Source: a virus (taxonomy: Duplodnaviria > Caudoviricetes). Taken from it: a stretch of 64,000 bases of DNA. The stretch lies in the IMG/VR virus record IMGVR_UViG_3300031555_004942, positions 53,110-117,109 of that record. One strand, given 5' to 3'. Made by a program: the position numbers and the translations under genes. Positions within the stretch are counted from its first letter, which is position 1; every line of letters begins with the position of its first letter. This document shows, piece after piece, positions 28,964-42,200 of this stretch. The notes under the pieces were generated by a model. That model worked only from the letters and a program-made list of their open reading frames with translations. It had not been told where the DNA came from and searched no databases.

Positions 28964-29569
28964 ATGAATAAAATGAAATTAAGTGAAGTTATTAAATTAC
29001 ACCAAAGTTATCAAATGAATGAAATGACTCATGATGCATTTGTAGAGGCTTTAAATAATGTTTATGTGAAGAGTTATATTACAATTAGAGAAAAAATTGC
29101 TGGTGTGATTAATGTTTTGTTTGGATGTGAGTATGATGAAGAAAGTATTGTCGAAAGATATGCTCAGTTAGAAATGAATAAGTTTTGGTATATTATGATG
29201 CTTTATACTGATATTGAAATGGAAGAAGAGTATATTAATGAAGATAATTATGAACTTTTATATCCTACATTAAGTACTGCTATATATACATATGCAATGA
29301 ATGACTTTAGTGTGACTTTAAGAATTATGGAGCAAATTATTAATGATAACAGATATGGTGAGATGATAGAAATATTTGAATCAATTTCTGGTACTAATTT
29401 TGATGAATTAATTCAAAAAGATAATGAAGTGATGAATGCTTTAAAGGGAGATAAAGAGTTTATAAATAATCTTGTACAGTTATTTAATCATACAGATCCT
29501 GCGATTGGTAAAATAAATAAAGAAATTGAAAAATCAGTTGCAAAAGAAATCAAAAAAACAAAAGAATAA
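28964..29569 (+). CDS. Hypothetical protein (possible tail assembly chaperone)
   Basis: ATG 28964 after AAGGAG; acidic and helical; two genes before the tape measure gene. Confidence 0.5.
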   Translation: MNKMKLSEVIKLHQSYQMNEMTHDAFVEALNNVYVKSYITIREKIAGVINVLFGCEYDEESIVERYAQLEMNKFWYIMMLYTDIEMEEEYINEDNYELLYPTLSTAIYTYAMNDFSVTLRIMEQIINDNRYGEMIEIFESISGTNFDELIQKDNEVMNALKGDKEFINNLVQLFNHTDPAIGKINKEIEKSVAKEIKKTKE

Positions 29570-29602
29570 AGTTGTGTGTAAAATAATATTATATACAATG
29601 AT

Positions 29603-29636
29603 AAGAAGTCATGCTTATGCATGGCTTCTTTTTTTA
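29603..29636 (+). terminator. Rho-independent terminator
   Basis: AAGAAGTCATGC-TTAT-GCATGGCTTCTT followed by a T-tract. Confidence 0.75.
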
Positions 29637-29661
29637 TCTTTTAGGAGGGAGGAATAAAAAT

Positions 29662-30210
29662 ATGGATAATCAAAAAAGATGGCAAGAAATTAGATCACAA
29701 TTAGATAAAGCAACAAAGGATTTAGTTCCTAAAAATAGGTTTAAAATTAATGATACAATTATGAAAAAAGCACAAAATATAATGACTAAAAAATCTTTAA
29801 GTTTAATTTATGATGATTATGGAAATCAACTTTATGAAAAAACTTCGGATGTACAAAATTTTATATCATGTAAAAAAACAGGAAGCACATTTATTCTTGT
29901 TAAAGATGATAACAAATTGATAGAAACACAAAACAAAAATGATGAATTTAATACTGACTTTATCTCTTATGATTCTTTAGAAGAAGTTCATAAAGATAAT
30001 GTTAAGTTTGATATGAGTATAGATGAAAATACAGGATTTAAGCGAAATACTGATTATCTATATTTGCAACAAGAAAAAGATAAGAAAAAAGATGATGTTA
30101 TGAGTCAAGGAATTGATGAAATAAAAGATTATATAAATAGAACAGGAAGAAGAGAACTTAATAAAATTGATATAAATTTTGTAGGTTCTATTACAGAAAG
30201 GGGTATATAA
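29662..30210 (+). CDS. Hypothetical protein preceding the tape measure gene
   Basis: ATG 29662 after AGGAGGGAGG. Confidence 0.65.
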   Translation: MDNQKRWQEIRSQLDKATKDLVPKNRFKINDTIMKKAQNIMTKKSLSLIYDDYGNQLYEKTSDVQNFISCKKTGSTFILVKDDNKLIETQNKNDEFNTDFISYDSLEEVHKDNVKFDMSIDENTGFKRNTDYLYLQQEKDKKKDDVMSQGIDEIKDYINRTGRRELNKIDINFVGSITERGI

Positions 30211-30214
30211 TATT

Positions 30215-33200
30215 ATGGATAAAGATATTAAAAAAAATGAAACAACTGGTTTCTGGGATACAAAAAAATGGAGAAATTTTCTTTCAGATATGCAAAGAAA
30301 TGCAGGTTCTTTAGGAATAAATAGTGAAGTAAGTGAATTGATGAAAAAAACTCTTTCAGATAATGCTTTTAAAGCAGATTTTAAAGGAGTTCAGAAACTT
30401 TTTGGGCAAATTCAAGATTTGCAAGGTGGGTTAGATGCTCTTAAAACAATAAAAAATAGTTCTACTAATTTATATAAAGATTTTGTACATAATCTTTATG
30501 GAACTACTTCAGGAAGTGATTATCTTAAGGAATATACATCTCAACAAATAAAACGATTAAATCAAGTAAAATCTATTGTGAGTGGTCAAGAAAAAGAATT
30601 GACATGGGCAACTAAAATGATAGAAAATGGAACTATTATTGCAGAGGGATATAATCTTGCAGGTAATAAAGTAAGACGTAGAGAATATACTCAAGGTAAA
30701 AGCAAACCTGTTTTTTCTAAAGGTGTTGATTATGATAGAAGTGGTAAAATTTCGGCTTCTTATTCTCCTTATAGATATAATGATGTTAATAGTAGGGGAG
30801 ATGTTGTATCAAGAGGGGGTATGTTGAAAACACATTATGATAAAAATGGAACTGTTGTAAATCAAGATATTGTAGATTATAGAACCTCTAAATCTATCAC
30901 TCAACCTGTATCTAAAACATATAGACCAAATCAAGTTCTTAAATCAACATATAAAGGAGTAGGTCCTACAAATAATGATATTTTTATTATGGGAAATCAG
31001 AGATATTCTAAGTTTGTATCAAATAGTCCTATTCAATTAGATAATCAAAAAGATAAATTTGGAAGATACAATGGTGCATTAGAAAGGTTGAGACAAGGAA
31101 TTGATGAATCAATTGCTAACATTGTAAATCAAGGAACACAAGCTATTGATAAAATGTCTGTTAGTACTGTAAAAGGAAGTAATTCAAGGAAGATAAGTAC
31201 ATCTTCTTTTAAAGGAATAGATCCTAAGAAAATGAATTATTTTGATTTTGAAACAATTGGTCAATTAGGTCTTGGCAATTTTATGCCTACTCAATTTTCT
31301 GTTAGACACCAAGATGGTAAAGTTGATAGTAAAGTTTTAAAAATGTCTCAAAAAGGACAGGAGTATATAAGTGGGATTTTAAAAGATTTAAAATCAGGAA
31401 ATTGGGGAAATTTGAATAATGATAAACTTAGGGATTTAACACATATGGCAGATTTCTCTGTAATTAACGGAAAGATTGCTACAAAACACGAAAATTTTTC
31501 TGGAATTCGTCCAGATCAAATTACTGGTAATTTATTAGCTAATATAGAATCTGGTTTTGAGATTTTAAAAAATGCTGAAAAATATACTAATGGTACTGCC
31601 GATGCAAAAAGTGCTATAGAAAATATGTTAAAATCAACTAAAGGGACTATGGTTGGACATAATATTAGATCTTTTGACAATGAAGTATTTAAGCAATTAG
31701 GTGTTGATTTTTCAGATTTTAAATTTTTAGATACTTTAGAAATGGCTAAAAAATATTATAATTATGGAGATATGAGACAACATATTAGTGGAGGAAAATC
31801 AGTACATAAACGATTGATGGGATTTAGTCAATCTCATCTTCAGGATTTCTTCAATATTGATATGAGTGATTTATTAAAACAAGGTATTAATCAACATACT
31901 GCAGAATATGATACGGAATTAAATAAAAGAATTGCTGAAGCAATGTTTAAAGAAATAAATTCAAATCAAGTAAAAAATCGCTATGTGGGAGGAAAAGTTG
32001 GTTCAGTAAAAGTTGGACAGGTTGGAACAGCAACTAAAGGGCATTTCAGACAACATGCATATGATTTTAAAACAGATGCAATGGGAAAAGTTTTAAGAAA
32101 AAGTGAAAATGAGTGGAATGATTTATTGATGAGAAGTGGTGGGCAATATGCCTATGAAGGAAAAACATCAATAACTGATACTAAAGGTGTGGCTCGTAAT
32201 TTTGCTAAATTCTTTGATTTAAATAGTGGTGAATCTGTTTATAAATATGTTGCTGATGATGTTGACCTTGGAAAATTTATGAGTGATATTTTTAATGGAC
32301 ATTTTTCAACAATAAAAGATACAACAACATCTGCAAAAGCTTCGATTTTTAGAGGAGATACAGGTTATGCTAATTTATCTGCATTAATGTCTGCATTACA
32401 AGGCAATTCTGTTTCTCAGAGACAACAATATAGAGCCAATATGCTTAAAGAAGCAGATGGTGGTAAATTTATTACAATGGCTCAACAAATCTATAAAGGT
32501 TTAGAGGGCAGTGGGTTATCAGATATTCAAAAAAGTTTAGCTTTAGAATTAATGGGTTCAAAAATGGGAATGTCTCAACAAAAAATGTTTTCTATGAATA
32601 ATATTAGAGATTTAATTTCTTTAAGTTCTGGAGGTACTGTTAATGGGACAGTTTCTGCTTTGAAAACATTTTTAGGAAAAAATAAACAGTTCTTTGCGAA
32701 TTCATTAGAGTATAGTAGTTTGTTTGAAGATATTGATATAGCATCAAGAGGTATGTCAGATTCAGCTATGGGAACGTCAGGAGATAATTTTTATGGAATT
32801 TATCAACGAATTGCTGAACAACTAAGAGGAAGTGATTTTGCAAAACAATATGAATCACAACTTAAATTTAATAAAGATGTGTATAAAAATGGATATGATA
32901 TTAATAGTATAGTAAAAAAATCAATTGAAGACGTAAATAAATTTGTTAGTAATACTGGAGAAGATGCTTTGGAAAGAATTTATTCAAGTTCATCCAGCGA
33001 AATAAAATCAGCTCTTGATGGAAAGTCATTAAATAAAAGATTGGGAAATCTACAAAAATTAGGTGTATTAAAAGATACGTCTATGGTTGCGACAAAAAGT
33101 ATTTCAGAACAATTATCAAAAAGTATAAAAGGGTTACAAGAAAGTGGTATTGGAACACGAATTAGTCTTTCTGGAGATGGTACTGGATTGAATTTAAGCT

Positions 33201-36200
33201 TATTCGATAGTGCTGATTCAAAAAGTATATCATTTAATTCAGAAGGAAAGATGATATTAGATCCTAATAGATCTGCTTCTGTGTATATTCCATTAGATAA
33301 AGGAAATGGAATATTAGATGATAATGGAATGTTAAAAACAAATATGATGACTACAACTTATGATGGAGAATCAGGTTTTAAATTAACAACATTACAAGAT
33401 AAAATGATTGAATCTATTACAAGAGTTTTAGATTCAGGTAGTATTAGAAAAAATATGTCGGAGGGTAAATTTTCTGCTATAAATAGTGCTTTATTTCATG
33501 CGAAACAAAATGCGTTGAATTTATCTCCATCGGCAGGTACTTATAAACAAGGTTCTATTTGGAATGACTATGAAGATTCTTTTAAAGTTGGGGCATCTCC
33601 TGAACAAATGGCAATAAGAACAAGTATGGTAAATTTAACAGATGGTATTGTTAATTTGTTAGATCAAAATTATGATATTACTCCAAACAATACAGAATCA
33701 TATAATTATAGTCAAGCTATTCAACATGTTATGGATTATGCAGCCTTATTATCAAAAGGAATTCCGAATATAAATGATATGATTTCAGGAGAAAACTCAC
33801 CATATTCATGGATGATAAAAAATGGTAAAGAAGGAGCTTTTGAAAAAACAACATCTCATTTACAAAAATTAGTATCTAATTTACCTATGAATTTAAGTGC
33901 AATAAAAGAAGCAGCTTATTTAAATCAAACTTATGGCTTATTAGGGACTGGAGGTTTTGCTCCAGGATTTGAATGGCATCCAGAAGACCAAAGAAATATT
34001 GCTCAATCACATAATAGACTTAAATTGAAAAAAGCAACAGGATATGCTAAAGAGGCTATGAAAAAAGATGTATTTACATCAGACGTTGCAAAAATTTTTG
34101 GTTTTACTCCTCAAGATACTGTTGAAGCAGGATTAGTTACAGAACAGCATGTTTATGAAGGATATAAAAAAATGTATGAAGCTCAAATGCGAGATGAGGG
34201 TAAAATTAAACCTGAAACAGATGCATGGAATAAAGAATTAAAAAGGAGAATGTCTTCATCTCCTATGTTGTCGGTAGAAAATGATAGTGGTATTATAGCT
34301 AAAGATTTTGCAGATAGTGCTTTTTATTCCATGGAAAAATCTATGACCGTAAATGAAGAAGATTTTTATAAAATTTTAAATGGTAAAACAATTCAAAATA
34401 TTGAAAAATCGGGGTTACATGTATTAGACAAAGGATATAATCTTAGTCAAATGTCTATTGGAAATAAAACTATTCATGATGGAGATATTTTAAAATCAGT
34501 AACAAATAATGGGGATGGCACATATTTCTTAAAAATGGAAGAAATATTGAATATGGGTAAAAATGCTCATTCAAAGGCAATTTCTGGATCTGGAAATAGA
34601 TTTACTGTAGGTTTGGCAAATAGTGATTTAATGAAGTATATAGCTGAAGCAGCAGGATTAAGTTCTGTTCCTACAATGTTTTTAAAGAAAAAGTTAGAGC
34701 CAAGTGAAGATGAAAATGGTAATAAAGTATATAAAAATGAGCTTAAACAAAAAGATATTGCAGGAGCATGGAATGAAAGACTTCAAAAAATATTTTCTGA
34801 TTATTTATCTCAGGGTGGAGATAATAATATACAGAGTTTATATAACAGTTTGCCAAAACAAATGCAAAAATATTTTTCTATATCTGATGGGCAATTAAAA
34901 GGTAGTAGTTATTTTGATGGGACTTCATGGAAAATAAAGGGTTCTAATGAGGAATTATTTGAGAATGAATCAGATATGAAGCATTTCTTTGATTTAAATC
35001 AAACAGGATTAATTGCACAAACAGCAAAAAATTTAGGTGTAACATATGACCCAAATATGATAAGAACTGCTGTTAATATGGCAAATGAGTATTCTTATTT
35101 TTCTGGATTTGGATATAATCCAGATGAGGCTGAATTTGATAGTAAACATAAAGTAACTATGAAAGAACAAGATGCTGTTCGTAGAAAAATAGGAGCATTA
35201 AAAACAAAAGATAATACGTTTGAAACATTTTCTAAACATATGGCTGATTATATTACTAAATCAGAGTTACAACTACAACCCTTACGACAAAAAGCTACGA
35301 GAATTGATAAAATAGTAAGCACAGCGGCTAATGCTAACGCAAGTGAAGCAAAAAAAGCTATTGCTTTAGGGGAACGTACTCTTAAAGTTGTTGATAGATC
35401 AATAAATAGTGAATTAGCTGATGATGAAATTAGTTTACATTCATTAGGAAATCATAGAGGAATTACAAAAGATGGTAAAATATCTGAAAATGCATGGAAA
35501 AATACTTCTGCAGGTATTTTTGCAGAAAGAGCTAAAAAATTAGGATGGGGAGAAGATTATCAGATTGTTTATGAAGGACAACCTGTACAAATTACGACAG
35601 GTGAAGGTCATGTAATGCAAGGAAGTACTATGGTTTTTGGCAATCATGGTTCAGAAATAAAAAAAGGAAAAGTTGCTCCTTCTTCTTTAGATTCGTCTGC
35701 GGATAGAGTTTGGAATGCTTTAAAAGCTATAAAGACAGGAACATATCAGGGAGATATCCCCGCTGATGAATATGTTGCAAATCTTTATAGTTCTTATTTA
35801 AAAGATACTTATGATATGACTCATAGTAAAGAGAGTCCTTTATTTCAAGAATTAAATTCTAAAAGATTAACAAATGCGACAGCAGGAAAAGCTGCAGGTA
35901 CGAACTATGTTCAAATGAGAGCAGATTTTGGGAATGCATATAGTAATGCAGTTATGGTAAACCCAGAGCATTTAAAAGAAATGCTTTCTATTGATAAAAA
36001 AAATGTGTCTAAAGAAGATTATAATGCATATAAACAAAACCTACAATGGATGTATGAAGATTTAGTCCCTCAAAATAATCGTATAAAAAATATGAATAGC
36101 GTATCTTCTTTAATTGATGGAATTGTTAATGCTGTGACAATTGAAAATTCAACATCTGGACCATTAACAAAAGGATTAGAATCAATGTTCCATCGTTTCC

Positions 36201-39200
36201 CATCAACTAATGGATTGGATGAGTATTTTGGACAATTATTTGTTTCTAAAGGATTACAAAAAGGAAACATATCTGTAGGAGCAGGTCTTGCGTTAAGAGA
36301 AAACTTAGACTTTGATGGTGATGTTCAATATGCCGCATTATTGGGATTAAATAATAAATTTAAAGATAAAAATGAATGGAATAAATTTAGAAAAGAAAAT
36401 ACTAAAATAAGAACATGGGATGAGAATATTTCAAAAAAACTACAAGCAAAAGTTCTTAGTGAAGCTAATGTAGAAAATAGTGATGTATATGATTCAGAAA
36501 ATGTTGTAAAAGCATTGCAACAATATAATGAAACAGTGTCAACTCCTGTATTTTCTAAAAAGAATTTTGGAAAAATAGGTGGATTATCTAACTTCTCTAC
36601 TGCTGTTAGAAATAAAATGAAAAATGCAGGTATTGATGAAACTTCAAGTTCTGCAACTATAGAGCAAAAAGCAAATGCAATAATGACACGTTCTGTATTT
36701 GAACTATTTGAACAAGATGCTATAAGTTCTAAAAAAGTTGCTCAACGTATGCTTTCAAAATCAGAAGGAAATGAAAAAGCACTTATTGATGATTTAGATA
36801 ATTTTTATAAAATGTTAAGTAGTATGGATTATTCATCAAAAGGGGCAAAATGGAGTTCTGTATTTGCAGAAGCAGAAAGATTAGGTATTTTTGGGAAAGA
36901 TGGAGTTTTTGATACCAGACAAGCTCATAATGCTGTTTCTACTATAGAAGAACTTGGTAGATATCATGGTTATGGTGGTTTAAAAGGTGGAGTTGCAGGT
37001 AGAGCCTTATTAGAAAAAGTATTTGGAAAAGGCACTGTTGGTAGTTTTTATGATGAAAAGGGGAATCTTTTATCTGGAGATGTATTAAAAACAGCAGGTG
37101 TTGTATCTCGTGATGCTTATTTGAAAGCAGTAACAGCTATTGATGAAAGTTTAGGAAAAGATTCTTTAAGTTCTGCGATATATGATGAAAAAAATGTTAT
37201 TGGTCGTGCTTCTCAAAAATCTTATGAAAAAGCTGTAAGAGAATATATGAAAACGTTCTCTAAAAACCATGGTATGGGAAAAATGACAAATAAGGACATT
37301 TATGCATCGGGAATTAATGGTACAACACTTATTGATAATTTATCGCAAGAGAGTGGACAAACAGTTATTCCTGAGGTTCAACAACAAGGAGGTCAAGCAG
37401 GACTTGCATTATCTCAGGATGCAGTTGCAATAATTGAAGCTATTACAAATGCATTAAATGGACAGACTGCAGCATGGAAAGAAAATGGAATGGCTGTAGG
37501 AAATGCTATAAAAAATACAAATGCAATGACTGTAGCTCAAAGAAAAAATGCAGAATTAATGAAAAATCCTGTTAATGCAAGAAAGGCAGGGTTAAATGTT
37601 CTTCCTGGTGAAAACATTATGGAAAATTATGATAATATTGTTCATTCTGCATTAAGTGGCTCAGGTCAATCTATGTTTACTGATGAACTTATGTTTAGAA
37701 ATATAAGAAAAGCAGAATTAGACCAAGAAACTCATAAATATTTTGTTGATGGTAAACAGCAAAATATTGATTTCTCATTATCTCAAGCAGGAATTTTAGG
37801 AAGAGAAAATAAAACTTTTACTGAATCTTTTGCGACTTCAGAAAGAAAACAGTTATTTAAACAATATTTAAATGGTGAAGATATAAAAATTAGAAATTCT
37901 TTATCTGATATGCCTACTGTTTATTCTAGTGCTAATGGCAATCAAATTAGAGATTTAAGAGATTTAGAAGATAAGGCAGGATATTATTTCCAAGATATCG
38001 CTGCAACTGAAAGAGGTAGAATATTAGGTGATGTTACTCATGATATGTTAGATCATTATTCTCAGTTGAGTAATACTCGACTTAAAAGTATGACTCCTGA
38101 TAGTTTTATTTCTCAATATTTCGCAGGAAATGTTGCAGGTACTAAACTTAATGATTTATCAAAAGAATGGAGTTTAGCTGGAGGAACAGGTTCTTTGTTA
38201 GAAAATCTTCAAGGAATTTCAGGAAATACTTTTAAGGCTATAAATGATCTTAGTATTGTAGGTATTGATAAATTATTTAAAGATGCAAGTAAAAATAATT
38301 TATTGTCTCAATCCGAACAATCTTTTGTGGGTGAAATATATGATCCAGTTACAGGAGCTTTAAAAACATTTGGTGGTACATTTGATGCTATTTTAAAAAA
38401 TATGGTAGTAGACTATAAAACTGCTAAAAATCCTGATGTAAATAAATTTGCTGTACAATTGGAAATGTTATTAAGGACTATTGAATCCTATGCAGGTTCT
38501 GGATTAAATGATAGTGCAGTGCAAGAATTATACTCGCAGATATCTAAAGCAGGTATTGCAATTCATAATACTCAAACAGGTAATACTTCTGCAATACAAT
38601 TAACAAGACCAAGTAATGCTGCTTTGGCAAAAACAATGAATTATATTCAATATAGTCAATCTTTGCAAGATATGTCTGAAATTAGAGATCCTAATTTTGT
38701 AGATCTTGTATGGACAAAAGGAGATCTTAGAAGATTTTCAAATAATAAATTACAAAATGCATATAGAAATATTAGTGAATTCTTATATCAAGGGTCTACA
38801 TCTGGTGGCACATCTGAAGAGAATTTTCAAAAATTTTTATCTGGTTTTGCAAAAGATGGATTAACTTTCAAAAAGAATAAAGGAACTTCGGAAAGTAATA
38901 AAGGAACTTCTTCTTGGTTTGTAGATGATAATGGACAACGTATGGTTATGAGCGTAGATTTTGCTAATGGTAGAGTGTCAAGTCCAAGTTCATTAAAAGT
39001 TAGAGAGCTTATTTCTGATGAAAAAGGAAAATATTTAAGTGATGAACAAACATACTCTCATTATTTAAATGAATATTTAAAAGCATATCAAAGATATAAT
39101 GATTTCAGTTTGTCAGATGAGGAACAAAGACACGCTACAGCTAATTTTAATAAAATGCGTGAAAAACTTTTCAACTTTGAACAACAAGGATTTTTAACAC

Positions 39201-42200
39201 CTGAAAAAATCAATGAATTAAGACAAGCTCATTTAGATAGTCCTGAAGCAGAAAAGATGTTGAAAGCAATAGGAGAACCTCCAAAAGAAGCATCTCAAAG
39301 GAATTATGTAAGTGCATATCAGAGATTATCAGAAGCTCAAAATAAAATAAGATATCAGGAAAGTTTACCTACAGCTTTAAGAGATTCAAAAGTTTATGAT
39401 ACAGAGATAATGAATGCTCAAAAAGCACAAGCTGATTTAGATAAAGCTCGTCTTGAATTGTATTCAAAAGAAGGTGGTGGAGTTAGAAGTGATGTAGAAG
39501 TACAACAATTGCAACAAAGATTGCAAGATTATGTTAATTTCCATCCTTCAATGTTAGGAAAAATAATTCCTCAAGAAGCATCTTATGAAGATATTACAAG
39601 ATTAGCAAATGATGATAGTAAAAGTGCAGGATATAATAAAATTTTATCTGACAGATTAGCAATAATAAAACAACTTGTTTCTGCACAAAATGAATTAAAT
39701 TCTCTTGTTAATAGTGGAGACAAAAAAGCTATTACTAATGCAACAGCAAAAAGAAATCAAGCACGAGCAGAACTTGACAATATAAATAAAATTATTGGTG
39801 AATTAAATCCTTATTTAATAGATGCAAATAAACAAATTGTTTCTGATACAATGCAAGAACAAGATAAAATATTATCAGGCGAATCAGCAAATCTTGAAAA
39901 AGGTACAAAAGAGTATGAGCAAAGAAAGCATATGGTTGAAGATTTTAAAAAATATAATAAAGAAATATTAGATTTGCAAGAAAAACAACATGCTATTCAA
40001 ACTAAAATGAAACAAGGAAAAGCAACAACTGATGATTATGCTCAACTTCAACATATACAAAAACAAATTTCTGATACTCAGGCAATTATGCCTACACTTG
40101 ATAAAGATGGTTTTATTTCTGATAAAACAGGAGCTAAGTTTAAAACAACTGAAGCTCAACAAGCTGATATTCATCATACATTCGCTCAACAAGAAAGAGA
40201 TTATAATAAGCGTATAGCTGAACAAACTATGCTTGCAAGTGGTAAAAAAGGGCTTGGAAATTATTTAAAGAATTTAGGCAAACAAACAATTGGATATTTT
40301 AGTATGTCGATGTCCTATAAAATTATAGGTATGATTACTCAAATCTTCTCTAGTATAATTCAGAAAACAAAAGAATTTAATAAAACAATGATTGATATTC
40401 AAATTGTTACGAGAAAATCATCTAATGAGGTTGGAGATTTAGTTAAAGAGTATAACGGATATGCTAAAGAATTAGGGGTAACAACACAGGCTGTAGCAAC
40501 TTCTGCAAACCAATTTTTACGTATGGGTTATAATGCTCAAGAAACTGCAAAGTTAATTGAAAGTTCAATGAAATTATCTAAATTGGGTATGATCGAAGCA
40601 GGTCAAGCGGCTGAATATCTTACATCTGCAATAAAAGGATATCAATTATCTGCTCAAGAATCTGAGAAAGTTGTTGATATGGCTACAACTCTTGATATGA
40701 GTTATGCAGTCGATGCAGGATATATTTTATCAGCAATGTCAAGAACAGCTACTTCTGCTAAATTAGCAAAAGTTGAAATGTCTGAATTACAATCAATGAT
40801 TGCAGTTATTGGTGAAACAACTCAGAAAGATGCATCTGTTGTTGGTGAGAGTTTAAAAACTGCATTTGCAAGATATGGTAATGTAAAAGCAGGTGTTGCA
40901 GCAAAAACTAATTTATCTGATTTAGATGAACAAAGTAAAGATGAATTAGAAGCTGTAAATGATATTGAAAGAGTATTAACTACATATAACATAGATGTTA
41001 GAGAATCCGATAATAAAACATGGAGAAGTTATTCTAACATAATGAAAGATATTAATGAGCAATGGGCAAAATATTCTGATTATGAAAAGAATGCGATTGC
41101 TACTGCTATGTTTGGTACAAGACAGAGAGAAAATGGATTAGTTGTTCTTGAAAAATATAATGAAGTATTAAAAGCAAATGAGAAGGCTATAAATTCTGAA
41201 GGAACAGCAAATAAAAAATATGAAACATATCTTACAGGTGTAGAAGCTGCTCAAAATAGATTTACTGCGACATGGGAAAAATTCATCAATAATATTAATG
41301 GTAGTGATGGATTAAAAGTATGGTATAATCTTTTAACACAGATTGTTGAAATGATGAATCATTGGAAATTAATCTTAGGAGTAATTGTTGCAATGAAAGC
41401 TCCACAGATCTTTACTGCCTTTGGTAAGTTTTCTAATTCTTTTGGTGGATTTTTTACTGGTGCAAAAAAGACATGGGGATCTGCAACTTCTGGTTTTAAA
41501 GAAAAAGGATGGTCTGGAGTTTGGCAAGGAACAAAACAAGCTTTTAAAGATAGTTGGGGCGACATTGAGACCGATGCTAAAAATAAATTGAGTTTAAAAG
41601 CTGAAGTTCATGAAGCTAATAACCTTTTAGCACAAATATTACAAACACTTCAAGGAAAAGATATTGATGGGGATAATGATTCAAATACTACACAATCTGC
41701 AGGTTCAAAATCTTCAACACAAAATAATTTAAATAATCAAAATGTTCCTATTTCATTATTAGGTAATGGTCAATCAAATCCAAGACCAAGTGGGGGAGTT
41801 AATATAATTCCATCAGACGGAAGTGTTATTCCAATGGGTGGAACTGTAAAAAATGTTCTTTCTTATGGAAATAATCCAATATTATTAGGAAATGGCTTTG
41901 TTCCTCAACCTGTAGGAAATGGTATTATGTCATTACCTCAAGGTAATATTATAACAGATCCATCATTAATGTTACCTCCTGCAATAAGTGGAGGTCCTGT
42001 AGGTAAAGCTATTTTACTACCAAAAACAGCAGGGGGAGTTAATGTAATTCCATCAGATGGAAGTGTTATTCCGATGGGTGGAACTGTTGGTAGTGTTATT
42101 GATAAAAAGAAAAAAACAACCAATAAAAAAGAAAAAGCAGAAGCAAGAGCTAAAAGAGAACAAGAAAAACAAAAAATTAAAGATGCACAAAAAAGAAATA

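Noticed and set aside
28964-30210. Programmed frameshift joining the two pre-TMP ORFs (tail chaperone G/GT type)
   Set aside because: The ORFs are separated by about 90 bp containing a terminator, and the second has its own strong RBS
37721-38600. CRISPR-Cas association of the Cas4-like domain
   Set aside because: There is no repeat-spacer array, no other cas genes and no Fe-S cysteine cluster
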